From the NCBI GenBank assembly GCA_977016875.1, contig CDRNST010000018.1, positions 1,550,001 to 1,614,000 of the forward strand: a stretch of 64,000 bases of DNA, given 5' to 3'. Source of the stretch: Pavona decussata. Lineage: Eukaryota. Shown in pieces: positions 39,432 through 52,205 of the stretch (the stretch's first letter is position 1; each line of letters begins with the position of its first letter). The notes under the pieces were generated by a model. The model did not search any database and was not told the origin of the DNA. It saw only the letters and a list, made by a program, of their open reading frames with translations. Made by a program: the position numbers and the translations under genes.

Positions 39432-39584
39432 NNNNNNNNNNNNNNNNNNNNNNNNNNNNNNNNNNNNNNNNNNNNNNNNNNNNNNNNNNNNNNNNNNNNN
39501 NNNNNNNNNNNNNNNNNNNNNNNNNNNNNNNNNNNNNNNNNNNNNNNNNNNNNNNNNNNNNNNNNNNNNNNNNNNNNNNNNNNN
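39432..39584. other. Assembly gap (153 N); other gaps at 43423-43566 (144 N) and 60935-61105 (171 N)
   Basis: N runs. Confidence 1.
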
Positions 39585-40788
39585 TTTCGTTCGACTGCTA
39601 GGCAGACATTTTAGGGTTTGGTTAGAGCGGAATGGGTATCGGCTTACAGCGACAACCTCGAACTGGGAAAGAAACCTCATAAAAACATAGCCATCCACGA
39701 CACATACGGTTGCCGTCTGTGGTTCAAAAACGTCTGTGCTTAACTTTAGCATCCCATTTACGCGGTAGTCGCGACTATCCGCAACTCCTATCCGACTTAA
39801 TCTTCAGTATGATCTTTACTTTGAAGCGACAGGAAGTTTAAGCTGTATGTGTATTTAGCTAGTGAAACACATGCATGTCACATAAAACTTCGTTACTACT
39901 TTTAACGTTTAAACTGGTATTTATATTAAAAGACGGGTTTTCTCAAGCATATAACAGCAACAACGAACGATAACGATAGGCTCATAAAACCTGGTCTCGG
40001 CCGTTCTCATTTGAGGATTTTCGTTTCTAAATGGCAACGAAGTTAGCTGTTAAATGGTAGCGCCATTCGCCTATGCCCACTAGCATCCCACCGCTGTAGA
40101 GGCCTTAGCGAGTTCACAGGGATTTCGCTGTGAACATTGGCTTATGCAAGGCCATTCAGCCTGTAAGAGCCCATCGATGAACGGCACCAGGTCTTCAACC
40201 TGTGGAGAGCGCTTGACCTCCGCACGCACGAGCAGCTTCCTGTACTTAGTGGCGCTGCCGCCTGTCCAGTTTTTGCCTCTACAACGTCTTTCCGATCATC
40301 TCCGGTGGCTTCTTCACTGAGACCACTATCTCTACTAGATGGAATGAAAGACAAAGTTGCCTCGCTGAATACTAGTAATGCCAATACAAGGTTAAATTTT
40401 GGTTCGATTATTGAGAAGAACTAAAAGCATGTTATGAGAGCAACTACTTTATACTTTCTTTGAAAAAAGCTGTTGATAGAACGCCGCATTTTGATAGATT
40501 TTTCTAACTCAGATCAGAGAAGACAGAAGACTCGAGAAATGGCGGAAAAACACATGAAAACAAGGCAGTTTTCTTTGGAAAGCCGCTGCCTGGTTAGCAT
40601 GAATTTTTGCTTAATTTTTCTCATCTGTCATTCAGGGCACTACCTCATTCGCGTTAACATTCAACATAACATCATGTTGCGTTAACATTTCTTTTTTACT
40701 TATTTAACTGTTTGTGAATTTGTCAACAATGACTGAGGCAAGTGCCTCGGTTTGCCTCGTACTGGCTACGGCCCTGGAGTCAATAGGA

Positions 40789-40881
40789 CGTCAAATTGTG
40801 AAAAGCACAGTGAAGAAAATAACTGGTATCAGCGAGACCTAGGGACAAGTTAGGTTGAATTTTTATGCAGTCGGAAGAGTT
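40789..40881 (+). pseudogene. 3'-terminal remnant of the GPCR gene (second copy at ~62679-62771)
   Basis: cgtcaaattgtgaaaagcacagtgaagaaaataactggtatcagcgagacctag..gtcggaagagtt matches the last codons (RQIVKSTVKKI.GI.E.*) and 3' flank of the GPCR at 43328-43420. Confidence 0.8.
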
Positions 40882-40983
40882 AAAAAAGAAAGGTTAAAGA
40901 AGAGAGAGAAATTTTACAAACTACCATTTAATAAAGTGTCAGTTTGGAAAGCCAGGAAATACATTTGCTGATTAAAGGAAGCC

Positions 40984-41132
40984 GGTTGTTGGTTCTCGTC
41001 CCTGCTCCGTTCGTCTTTTTCCGGGTACTCCGGTTTTCCTCCCTCCACAAAAACCAACATTTCCAAATTCCAATTCGACCTGGAAACAGTGGACGAATAG
41101 CCACTCTGTGGATGTGCCTCTGAAATTCCCAT

Positions 41133-41163
<31 letters not shown>

Positions 41164-41166
41164 TTT
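40984..41166 (+). mobile_element. 5'-truncated SINE with (ATTT)n tail (copy at ~62874-63048)
   Basis: Conserved SINE core ccgggtactccggttttcctccc and ATTT tail; the homologous site at ~43615-43630 is empty. Confidence 0.8.
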
Positions 41167-41200
41167 GAAAACAACGAATTTATTTGCGTAATACATAGTA

Positions 41201-41298
41201 TAGTCTGAAATGTCAGCCGTCTCTTCCCCCTAACCCACAGGGGGCGCCCCCTGTGGGTTAGGGGGGGGGGGGGGGGAGACGGCTGACATTTCAGACTA
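41201..41298. mobile_element. 98-bp palindromic MITE with 9-bp TSD (copy 63083-63180)
   Basis: TAGTCTGAAATGTCAGCCGTCTC ... GAGACGGCTGACATTTCAGACTA with TACATAGTA on both sides; absent at the homologous site ~43650. Confidence 0.85.
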
Positions 41299-42451
41299 TA
41301 CATAGTACTGATACTGGAGATTCTAGTCAGTTGACTCTGGCTACAACAAGCGGAGTACTGACTGAAGGACAATCCGTTTATATAGGTGGATTACGTTACC
41401 GCCATGGTCGTGGTCAAAACAAAAGAAAATTTGCTCACATAGTTTGCATAAAAATGGCAGTGAACTCCCAGAGGAGAACATTTATTGTTCCTGTACACCA
41501 ACATTGCCGCCATGACGTTAAATGCAAACCATCGATTAAGAAAAGTGAATTTTTTTTTGCCCTTTCTTTAACCGTTGCATTTTCGTTCAGCTTGCAATTG
41601 TAAACTGACAGGTACTAAACACAATGAGCTGTAGTTTTCTTCTTCTTCGAAAAGGAAGGTGAGACCAATGCATAAATTAAAGAAATGAAATTAAAGATGG
41701 ACGTTAATTCTTGGACCGGCATCTTGCTTAATTGTGTCACCGTGAGTCATATGCAATAGTTTTTTTGCGAATTAGCATTGGCTGTATTATTTTGATCTGC
41801 AGCGGCTACGGGGCTTCAAAGTGGATGTTTTTCAAGGTATATATATTTTTTTTAGCAGGTGAACCGAACAAATTTTACTAATGTTACAAAACAGCGTCAA
41901 TTTTATACAAAGCTATAAGTGTTTGGGCTCTGCTGGAAGCTGTTGAAGATTTATTCATGAGCTGAAAGGTAATATTATCCTGGGCTGAGAAATAAACAGA
42001 CATACAACTGGCGTCAGTGATCATTTTGTCACTATTCATTAAATGCTTCATGATGGAGTGTCTGTAATATATTATTTATCACAATGCTAAATATCACGCT
42101 TTTCAGTTGTAGTCAAGCTAACTCGTTGCTAACCTGGGGCGCTTTTCATGAAGCCAAAATTTTCAGTTCGACTAGTTGAAATGCAAATAGTACGCGCGGA
42201 TATCAGACGGAAAGTTCCTGTAACAAATGGACGACCCTCTGAGGTACTTCACTTTTTCCATTCAAATCGGTCAGAAGGGAAATTTTCGTCCCATTTGCAC
42301 AAAATTTTCATCTCCACTTTCTTGTCTTCTTGTGTCATGACGTAAGTTTTTTTTTTATCTACCAATGATACTGAAAGTTGGGAAATCGCGAATGTAAAAT
42401 CGCCAAAATTGAAATCAAAGGACTGATCGTTCTGTATGATTCTAGTTCGAC

Positions 42452-43381
42452 ATGGCTAGCCAGTTTTGCGATGAAAAGTTGCAGGCACTGGTACAACTCG
42501 TTCACCAGCATTCAACATTCATGTTCACTCTTTGTGTTTTAAACTTTATCTTCTCGCTCGTGGCGACTCTTGGAAATTTTCTTGTTATTCGTGCCATTTG
42601 GAAAGCTCCATCGATGCCAGCTAATTTGAAGAAGACTCTCTTAAGCCTCGCGTTTTCAGATCTTGCTGTTGGACTGTTTTCACAGCTAATGCACGGTGTC
42701 ATAATGGCGGTGATGTGGAATATGGCGGCGAATCAAAATTATAACTTCGGCTTCCTTTGTCCAACAGTTTTAACAATTTGTTATTTACCTATGTTTTTTC
42801 TCGCTTGTGCATCGTTCCTTAATATAACCGTCATTGCTGTCGATAGACTTCTCGCCGTTTCTCTTCATCTGCGATATCATGAACTTGTCACTTCAAGACG
42901 GGTCGTTGTCGCTTTGGTGTCTTTATGGCTGACAAGTGGTATTGCTTCCTCTATAATCATTTCATTTACAAAGCACTATGGCATGGTAGCAGCGGCCGTA
43001 GGATGGATTGGATTTCTCTTGACAACTGTGGCATATATTCGTATTTTCAAAGTTGTGAGATATCACCAGAACCAAATACAAAGTCAACTTCAACAGGCGA
43101 ATCATCAAGAAATGGAACTACACCGAGAGAAGAAGTCCGCCTTTAATGCTCTGTTTATTTATGTTGTTTTTGTTCTCTGTTATCTTCCATATTTTTGCGT
43201 TTTAATGTTTCATGAAAATAACGGTCCTCGAAGTTCTCTTTTGGCACCATATGTCGCTACACATTTCTTGATTCTTCTCAATTCTTCGTTGAATCCCCTC
43301 GTGTATTGTTGGCGATATCGAGAAATTCGTCAAATTGTGAAAAGCACAGTAAAGAAAATATTGGGAATCACCGAGGCGTAG
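42452..43381 (+). CDS. Intronless class A (rhodopsin-like) GPCR, adenosine/melanocortin-receptor-like, 309 aa
   Basis: Seven hydrophobic segments with GN (TM1), SLAFSDL (TM2), IAVDRL (TM3), CYLPY (TM6), NSSLNPLVY (TM7) and a basic helix 8. Confidence 0.93.
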   Translation: MASQFCDEKLQALVQLVHQHSTFMFTLCVLNFIFSLVATLGNFLVIRAIWKAPSMPANLKKTLLSLAFSDLAVGLFSQLMHGVIMAVMWNMAANQNYNFGFLCPTVLTICYLPMFFLACASFLNITVIAVDRLLAVSLHLRYHELVTSRRVVVALVSLWLTSGIASSIIISFTKHYGMVAAAVGWIGFLLTTVAYIRIFKVVRYHQNQIQSQLQQANHQEMELHREKKSAFNALFIYVVFVLCYLPYFCVLMFHENNGPRSSLLAPYVATHFLILLNSSLNPLVYCWRYREIRQIVKSTVKKILGITEA

Positions 43382-45899
43382 GGGCAAGTAAGGTTGGATT
43401 TTTATGCGGTCGGAAGAGTTTTNNNNNNNNNNNNNNNNNNNNNNNNNNNNNNNNNNNNNNNNNNNNNNNNNNNNNNNNNNNNNNNNNNNNNNNNNNNNNN
43501 NNNNNNNNNNNNNNNNNNNNNNNNNNNNNNNNNNNNNNNNNNNNNNNNNNNNNNNNNNNNNNNNNNATAAAGTGTCAGTTTGGAAAGCCAGGAAATACAT
43601 TTGCTGATTAAAGGAAGCCGGTTAAAAACAATGAATTTATTTACGGAATACATAGTTCTGATGCAAGAGATTCTAGTCAGTTGACTCTGGCTGGACTGAA
43701 GGACAATGGGGTTAATATCTCATTAGTCCGTTCAACGGAAGTTTATATAAAGCCTACATACCAATGTGATCCTTTGTCATAGCAATTTTTTGGCTGCAGT
43801 TAGCAAAGGAAGTGATTTTGGGAGCGATTTTGTGCATAAACTGTACACTACGTTATCAAATGTTATATAAAATGTCGTCAGTTTTTATTGTGTTTGACAT
43901 GTATCCTGTACAACCTGTAAACTTAGCCATTCCTCGAGAGTGACTGCTTAATACAGGTTCGACTGTATAGTAATGTTTAGGGCGGTCACTGCAAATCCCC
44001 CAAACTGGGAATGAAGGGCTATTAGAACACAAAATTTCCGGTATTAGAAATAATTATAGGATATTAAAGATAAACCATTTCTCAAAAAGTGATATCGGAA
44101 GTGTATTCCATTTATTCATATTCAATTGAACGCACCCTTGGCGTTTGTTCAATGTTTGAATTCAAATTTCAGTGCATATAATTAGTAAGGCCAGTTATTA
44201 CTATAGAAATGGAATGAATTTTTTTTAGGACTATTGTCCTAATAGTTCCCTGGCTTGTTATCCCTGTGAAGGAAATATTGTTCAGTTTGGAGAGGTGAAA
44301 GATTTGACCTCGGGTGAATTGGAACCCACAACCTCTAGATTAGCCCTCTTGACGTGAAACGCAAATGAAGCGCAATCAAAAGCGAGCACACTTGTGAACT
44401 TCGACGTGGACAAAGGAAGTGAGGAACGACGGGAAGAGCACTTTCAACGTTGCCCGCGCTCCTCGTGATATTTCATTCTCTCCAGTTTCCGCGAAAGCGG
44501 TCTTATTTTTCGCTCTCCAGTCTCCACTCGATCGTGAAAGTGGCCTCCGTGGAGAAAAGAGATGGCAGTCGTCGAGCAAGTGAAGAATTATTGCAATCGT
44601 AAAAAGTGTTGTCTAAAGAATATTTCCTTTATTCTTATTGCAGAATACAGTCAAATAAACGCAACCCCTGCCTTTAAACTCTCCATTAAGAGAAGTGAGT
44701 TTCTATTTTTGCCCTTTCTTTTATTGTTGCATTTTCTTTCAGCTTCCAATTGTAAACTGAGAGGTAGTAAACGCATCGAGCCATAGTTTTGTTCTTCTTC
44801 GAAGCTGAAGGTGAGACCAAGGTATAAATTAAAAAGTATAATTAAAGATGGACAATCTTGCTTAATTTTGTCACCGCGAGTCAAATGGACAAATGCCATA
44901 CAATTTTTTTGCGAATTAGCATTAGCTGTATTATTAATTTCTGTAGCTGCGGGGCTTCAAAGTGGATGTTTTTCCAAGGTATAGGTTTTTTAGCAGGTGA
45001 ACCGAACAAATTTTACTAATGTCACGAAACAGCGTCAATTTTATACAAAACTATTTTCGTTTTCAAGTAAACAAAGCGTTTAGGCTCAGCTGGAAACTGT
45101 TAAAAATTTATTTATGTGAGCTGACAGGTGATTATCTTGGGCTGAGAAATGAACAGACATACAACCGGCGTCAGTGGTCAGTGATCATTTTGTCATTATT
45201 CACAAACGCTTCATGACGGAGAGTCTCTAATGTAGGCTTTAAGTTATCAGTTGGTTTTATTAGGCGGGCGCGTTACTTTCAAATTAAAGCCGCGCAATTA
45301 AAGACGCCTATAATTTTGTATGATCTTTTCAAGCGGTAAAGATAAATTAGTGAAGCTAACTTGTTGCTAACCCGGGGCGTTTGCCATTAAGCCAAAATGT
45401 TTCGGTTCAGCCGGTTGAATTGCAAATAGTACGCGCGGATATGAGAGGGAAAGTTCCTGTAACAAATGGACGACCTTCTGAGGTACTTCACTTTTTCCAT
45501 TCCAAGCGGTCAGAACTGAAATTTTCGTCCCATTTGCACAAATTTTTCAGCTCCACTTTCTCGTCTTCTTGTACCACCACGTAAGTTTTTTTTATCTACC
45601 AATGTGTTTGCAAGTTGGGAACGAATAAAAAAATGCCTTTCCAGTCACGGAAAGTTTCCGGCGGTATCTTCCAACCGAAAATTTTGGTTAAATAGAAAGC
45701 GCCCCTGTTGTTGCATAATTGTATATTAAACAATTATTATTCTACGAGTGTGCGTTGCATATGACAAGATAGATGCACAACTAGGCGCGCAGCGCCAAGT
45801 TGGCTATAATTAATTATTAAATTCTCAGCCTCGGATAATGCATTTCTAGTCATTGGTTCACTAAATCCCGGTTGTCAGCTCTAATATCATGGGTGACAA

Positions 45900-48521
45900 A
45901 TTACTCCTGGGAGAGCGGGAGGGAATAACAAACTGTCGAGGGATCACACGCGGCTGAAGCGACGAGCTAACTAAGAACGAGGTCAAAGTGTCGCGAACAT
46001 GAGACGATGGCGCAACGCGATCTCCGTCCAGTAATTCCAGGGTGATGATGTCATGGCCAAAACGGTGAAGGACTGAGCTTGGAAAAGGCTTGTGGAAATA
46101 CTGACCGTTGAAGAAGCCACCGGCTCCCGTGCTGCATGCATCGGTAGAGAGAGACAAAGGATCGTTGCACCATGGGACAGTTTTGATGATAGTTACACCG
46201 TTGTAAAATGGGAGAAAATAGCACCACCATCGCAGATCATTTTTGTTGTCAGGCGAGAGTGGACAGACAGACGATAATTTATGGACGCGTAACGTGTACA
46301 AGAGGGTAGACATGAAAACGCGGGCGGGACGAACACAAGCAGTGACGTAGGACATCACTCCAAGAAGAGACTGCAGATTGGTTCGAGAGACGTTGTCAAC
46401 GGGCAAGAGCGACGAGCAGCGATCGAAAAGCTCCTGTACACGTTCGGGAGAAACGGAGACAGTCATGTTAGCAGTGTCGACCAAGACTCCAAGGAAAACC
46501 ATAGAATTGGCTGGAGGGGACGCTTTTTCAGGCGTGGTATCCAGGTCTAACTCTTCCAGTAGGGAACCCAAAGTCTGGAGAAGCCTCCGCTGACTTATCA
46601 GGAATTTCAGCGCCACCAAAATCATCAATGTAGTTTGTGCAGTGGAAGCCTAGATCTCGGTACATGAAAGTGATGGCAGTAGTGGAGCGTTGGCGCATCA
46701 TGGCGGAGGAGCGAAGGCCAAAAGGGGGGGCGATGTCGAAGTAAAAGGCGTCGCGGCGACGGAAACCAAGGAGATGATAATAACGTGGGTCAACACGTAA
46801 TTGTCTGTAAGCTCTGCTGAGGTCCATCTTAAAGAGATGACAATGACGGCCTTTCAAACGGATTATGTCCAGAAGAGCATCTACCCCGGGTAGACGGGCG
46901 AGACCGTTCGAGAACGGATTGGACGAGAAAGGACCGCAAGTCGCACCGAGTTCGCACTCGCGGGTGAGGTAAGAGTCGATAACATCTGGTCTGGATAATG
47001 CGGACCGGTGATTTCTGGCTGAGGATATAGGAGTTTCGCCGATGGCATAGCCAGCGGGCCAGCCAAATTCGAGGAAATCGCAGAGGTGCATGTCGGGGTA
47101 GGTTGCTAAGCGACTCCGCCATGCGGGGATGTTGAGATTCGAAGGAACGGGAAGACGCAACGTAAAGGCGTTTGGACCAGAGGCGCACTGAAGCTGGGCG
47201 TGGAGAGCAATGAGATGTGGGAATAGAGAAGATTTCAATGGCAATCGCTGGACAGGAGACGAGGGGCCGACGCCAGGCGGGTTGGAAGACGGAGAGGGTT
47301 GTGGATGAAGTAAGGTCTGGCTCGAGGATTCATCGGGAGAAGAGGCTAGTCAAACTTTGGAAACTGTGTCGCTACGGCGAAGAGGAACCGGAAACTTCCG
47401 CTTTGGACAGGTGAACGCTTGATGGTCAGAGCGCTTGCACACTACACAGATGTGGGACTTAGGGCAATCTAGTTTGGCACAGTTGTCATACCAGCTCCAG
47501 GCGTCGCAGATTTGGTGGCGTGCGATGGCGGATTGAGATTCCGTAGGGGGGTTTAGTGGTTTTGAACCAGGTTTGGCAGCTTTGGGTGGAGAGTTGGCGA
47601 GAAGACAGGTGGGGAGAAAAAATGACTGCTTAAGAGGCTCGAAGCTGTCTCCCCAGTTGACTAAGCCCAACTCAATCGAGCGACTTTATAATGGTAAGAC
47701 CGTACCGCTGACCACTGGTAGGACGACGCGAGTACCATGAGCTCATGGAAATGCTCGATAATCGTTTCTCTATTTGGCTTATCTGCGCGCTGCTGAACGA
47801 TAACGGAATAACCCGCACAGAACTCGGCAAAAGAAAGGTCAACATTTAGCTTTGGCTCACCTGGTGCGTATATGTGTGGCCATTGTTGTGGGTTTGTGAT
47901 TTTCTGCGGCGCTTTCACATCACCCAGGGACTTGTTATTTGTGGCTGTTTCAGAGGTTTGAGTTGCGCCGCCAATCCTGCTTTCGAGTTGGCCAACTGGA
48001 GGCGCAATTCAAGTTTTCTTATCTCGCGATCTTGATTTTCCTTAAGGAGTTGAAGGTGAGTGATTTCATCGTCGCGGCTTGGGGGCGTTCCGGCTTTAAT
48101 GTGCTCTGGCAAACCCGGTGGAAAGTTGAAATTTGGGGTATCAGGCGTAGATCCGGAAGGACGCGTCTTAGGAATAGCCCCTTTCTTGTCCTTTTGTTCC
48201 TTCTTCTCCTGCTTGTCGTTAATTTTGTCAATTTTAGGCTCGGTGGTAAAGAGCTGTGACGTTGTTGGGTCTGCTGGGTCGAGCGATGGTAGATCCCAAG
48301 CGTAATCGGGACTCAAATGACGAAAACTGCTGCGTGTGACACGAGGGCTGTTTGGCATAATGGCTTACCGGCGAAGAGCGTCGAAACTTTGATGGGAGAA
48401 ATGGGAAACGAAGCACAATAACAAACTGTCGAGGGATCACACGCGGATGAAGCGACGAGCTAACTAAGCACGAGGTCAAAGAGACGCGAACATGAGGCGA
48501 TGGCGCAACGCGATCCCCGTC
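45900..48521 (-). mobile_element. Degenerate, internally deleted DIRS/Ngaro-type retrotransposon (gag, RT, partial RNase H; no tyrosine recombinase)
   Basis: gag-like ORFs 48358-47350 ending in CDAWSWYDNCAKLDCPKSHICVVCKRSDHQAFTCP zinc finger; RT motifs KMDLSRAYRQL, PFGLRSS, NYIDDF; RNase H LSTDAC..GAGG..ITLELL; 105-bp direct repeats at 45924-46028 and 48417-48521; several frameshifts. Confidence 0.88.
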
Positions 48522-49015
48522 AATAATTAACCTAAATTTCGGCGCGAAATTTCAGCGCTAATTTATAATTTCACATGTGAAATTACAAAATTGCTATGGC
48601 AACATCTCAGTGCCAAGATGGCGTCCAGGTTTAAAGATGTTACGGATGAAAGAAGTTACAGAAAACCTAAATACGCGAAAGATCACAATTAACTGGGTGA
48701 GAGTTTCTGAGAACAGGCCGATGAAAATGGCCTTGAGAAAAACCCTGAGACGGTTCGTCCTGAGCAGTTGGATAAAGTACTCGAGCGGTTTTTTGCCTGC
48801 GTGTGTAAACAAGACGCAACCGACCACGTAATTTGTCAAAACGCGCGCGAAATTATGTCCTAATTTCACTCGTTACCATTTGATTACTAAACACATAGAT
48901 TCCATTTTGCCGGGCGTCTGTACTCTGATAATGCACAGATGACGTCAAAACGTGGTGAGAACAAAGAAGTACGCTACGAGCCGCAGGCGAGTAGCGTGAC
49001 TGATGTTCTCACAAG

Positions 49016-49712
49016 CAACGCTGACTCTTGCTCACCCTCTGAAGAGGGATGGAACGCCAGACATGCGGTATGCTGCAAAGAAGTATTCTGCTCTCCCACT
49101 TCTCATTCTAGCAGCCCTGGAGCAGCCTCAGTGTCACAGATGTCCTCTTCTAGAACTCCAAGTGGCCCTTTAAAGAGAGATGGGACGCCAGACATGAGGT
49201 ATGCTGTAAAAAAGTCACCCCATGCCAGCCCAGTATTCTCAGGGTATTCATCTAGTGGCTCTATGTCATCTCTTAGTGGAAGTGTTTCTCGTCCAGGTTC
49301 TTATGGCCCACTATAAAGAACGACGGTACACCAGACATGAGGTATTCTGCAAACAAACCGGCCAATGGCAGTTCTTCGTCATCTAGCAGTTCACATTACA
49401 GCTCCGGATCGTCGTCTTCTCGAAGTAGCTACAGCAGTTCCACCAACAGCTCCAGTTCGTCTTCTAGTGGAAGTAGCTATGGCGGATCAACTTCCTGTGG
49501 CCCAGTTAAGCGTGATGGTACTCCTGACATGAGGTATGCTGCAAACAAGTCGGTATATGGTGGTCCTTCCTCGTATGGCAGTTCAAGCTAGACCAAGCTA
49601 CAGCGCTGGATCGTCTTCTTCTGGAAGAAGCTATGGAGGGTCGAGTTCTTGTGGTCCACTTAAGAGCGATGGCACTCCCCACATGAGATTTGCAGCCAAC
49701 AGACGCAAGTAA
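49016..49712 (+). pseudogene. 5'-truncated, frameshifted third copy of the BTB-DGTPDMR gene (tail only, 5 motifs)
   Basis: Matches the 3' end and 3' flank of genes A and C; a 1-bp insertion gives TAA at 49314-49316 and a 10-bp insertion (gaccaagcta) gives TAG at 49589-49591; ends FAANRRK*. Confidence 0.88.
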
Positions 49713-51538
49713 ATAAGGAACCGCCGGTGCGTTTCCTCACGTGTTGGTCAAGAGAAGACAAATGCGTTTTCATTGTTCCCATTTTCTGATATACTTAATG
49801 TCATTTTTTGAATGTTTTCTTGTTGGTATTGTAACCTGAGAAGCATTTGTTTTCCCAGAGGTAAAATTGCTCTATTTCACAACGCACGTTTGTATTTTGT
49901 ATACCGAGAACAGTAGGTACAATGAATATACTCCTATAAAGTCCAAGAACACGAGTCTTGTCATAACTGTTAGGTTTTAGTTTTTCAACTTCAACGGCCA
50001 CTTTATATATGCTGTGGTCTTAAGGTTTTTGTAAGCGAATCGGATGAAATGTTTTTGTATACTGTATTTCAGAATAGGTATTAATCGTTGCTTGCTTTAG
50101 CTATCAATCGGTTGCGAATTATATTTGAGTTTTATGGTAGCACTGTTTAAGATTATTCGAATGTTGTTACGTCAGGTCGACCCCCAGAATGATGTATTGT
50201 TACCATTGTAGCAATTTCATTATCCACTGACGTCTTTGTGGGCTCGGTCAGTTTTTAAAGAATATGGTTCTTGTTTCAGTGGCTGGTCGATGTTAGACTG
50301 GTCTAAGAACAAATCGCAAACTACGTATAAAAACACGTTAAGAGGCATCGCATGATCACAGTTTATTTAGTAAAGTACCTTTACTGTTATTGAACAAGGA
50401 AGCGAGATAAAAATTGCGCGCAATTGTAAATGGTAATAATTTCGCGTTAGAGTTACAGAATGTGGTATTCCTCAATGCGTGGATTTGTTTTCTTTAGTCT
50501 GATGTGGACTAATCCAGGAACAATTGTCAATTTGCGAAGTTTTATTTATTTAGCTCACACTTTTTATTTCATTCCTTTCAAGTGGTAGAAGCAGGCACTG
50601 GTAACTTTACCATCATTCTGGTGATTTTGCGGACAACTTAAAATAGTTACGAAATTGAAAAATGTTGTTCTTCCCTAGCTACAAATTGCATTACGTTATC
50701 GTTCAAGCGCATGTTGCAGTCCACTTCGGGTTAAGTAACGACCTAGTGGCATGTGAAAAAAAAGTTAAAAAGGTTGTATAAGATTTGGTAGCAAGTAATA
50801 GAACCATCGTTGTTGTTTCAAGCTTGTCTGTTCATTGTGAAGCCGCAGTAACAAGTTGAGTCATTAACAAGGTATCCAGGTATCACACGATGCCATGGTC
50901 GGAGGCTTATCTCCTTTGCATTCTTTCTCATCCACTGTTTTTTTCAGGTCGGATTCCGTTGTCTTTACACAGACCACTTCAATTTTTTGCACACCTTTCC
51001 CACACGTAGACGAACACTGCAAGTTAAAAAAGAAGAAGGGAAGATTTTAGTGTAGCGTTTGTAGCAGTAGTTCCCTTTCCAAGCGAGTGCCAGAAGCAAA
51101 CAAAAAACTTCCGGCAAGAGGGAACAAAAAATACATTTTCCCCTCCTCCATTTTTTCTTTGTCTTTCTTATTTATTATTTCTTTTCTTATTTATTTATTT
51201 TTGTTTTGGGCTCCTCCCCGTAAGCTTTCGTTCGACTGCTAGGCAGATTTTATGGGGTTTGGTGAGAGCGGAATGGGTATCGACTTTCAGCGACAACCTT
51301 GAATGGGAAAAAAAACCTCATAAAAACATGATTTTAACAAAAAGTATCGACGTCCGGGGGTGTAGCCATCCACGACACATACGGTCAAGACCTTGACTAC
51401 CCTAAGGAAGCCATCCCGCGAAAGAAAAGATGGCACATAGGTTTCAAAAAAAGGCTGTTCTTTTTTCGAACTTTATTAATGATGGTTGTTGACAGCAGGT
51501 TAACCCCGCGGGGTCTGGATTACGAGCAAAGTACTTAC

Positions 51539-52205
51539 CGGGCCAGATTTCGCTGTGACCCACTCGGCAGGGCAGGACTGTGTTGTGCATGTCTTATGTG
51601 TCGAGAGTTTAGGTCCCGTGCAGCGAGATTCCTCTACTTCAATCTCTATACCATGTGACTCATCAGTGCAAATAACCTCCCGTGTTTTCTCCCCTTGGTG
51701 GCCGTCGTTGCAAGTCTTGGAACAGTCGGTTCATTCTCCGGTTTTCCATCTAAAGATGGCCACCAAGACAAAACTGTTCTAGTATGAAGGGCTAGCTCAA
51801 GCTCAAGACAGTGCACTGTAGTGGGAGTGTGATTTTTTTAACCACCAAACAAAAGTTTGTGAAATATTCATTTCAAAGATTTGTGTTTCAAAACAAAACC
51901 TTTGCTGAGTACGGTGCGTAACACTGCAAGACGTTTTTCAGTTCTAGAGAAGGAAAGATAGCTGAACGTTGCCGTTCACAGGGAAATTAGCCTTGTTCTC
52001 TTGTATCTACACTAGTACACTGTTTGTGTTCTTACGCCTTGTTTTCCAAGGAAAGAGGAGGACTTCATATATTCTTACCTCGCTGGACACTCGTGAGTAT
52101 TACATTCAATAGTTTCATCACCAGGCCTCTTTGCCCCACAAAAGTGGTAACCGACCATAGTTTGGTCATCAGAGCGGACACAGGTCGCTTTGATCAGCAC
52201 AGTAC
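51539..52205 (-). pseudogene. Two-exon ADAMTS-type thrombospondin type-1 repeat fragment with premature stop
   Basis: Exon 52205-52079 GTVLIKATCVRSDDQTMVGYHFCGAKRPGDETIECNTHECPAR splices in phase to exon 51749-51539 WKTGE*TDCSKTCNDGHQGEKTREVICTDE..VEESRCTGPK..CTTQSCPAEW. Splice sites are canonical; the conserved second Trp is TGA (51731-51733). Confidence 0.85.

Noticed and set aside
51731-51733. TGA as selenocysteine or recoded Trp in the TSP1 exon
   Set aside because: It replaces a conserved Trp by a single TGG-to-TGA change, other genes here use TGA as stop, and the fragment lacks flanking exons.
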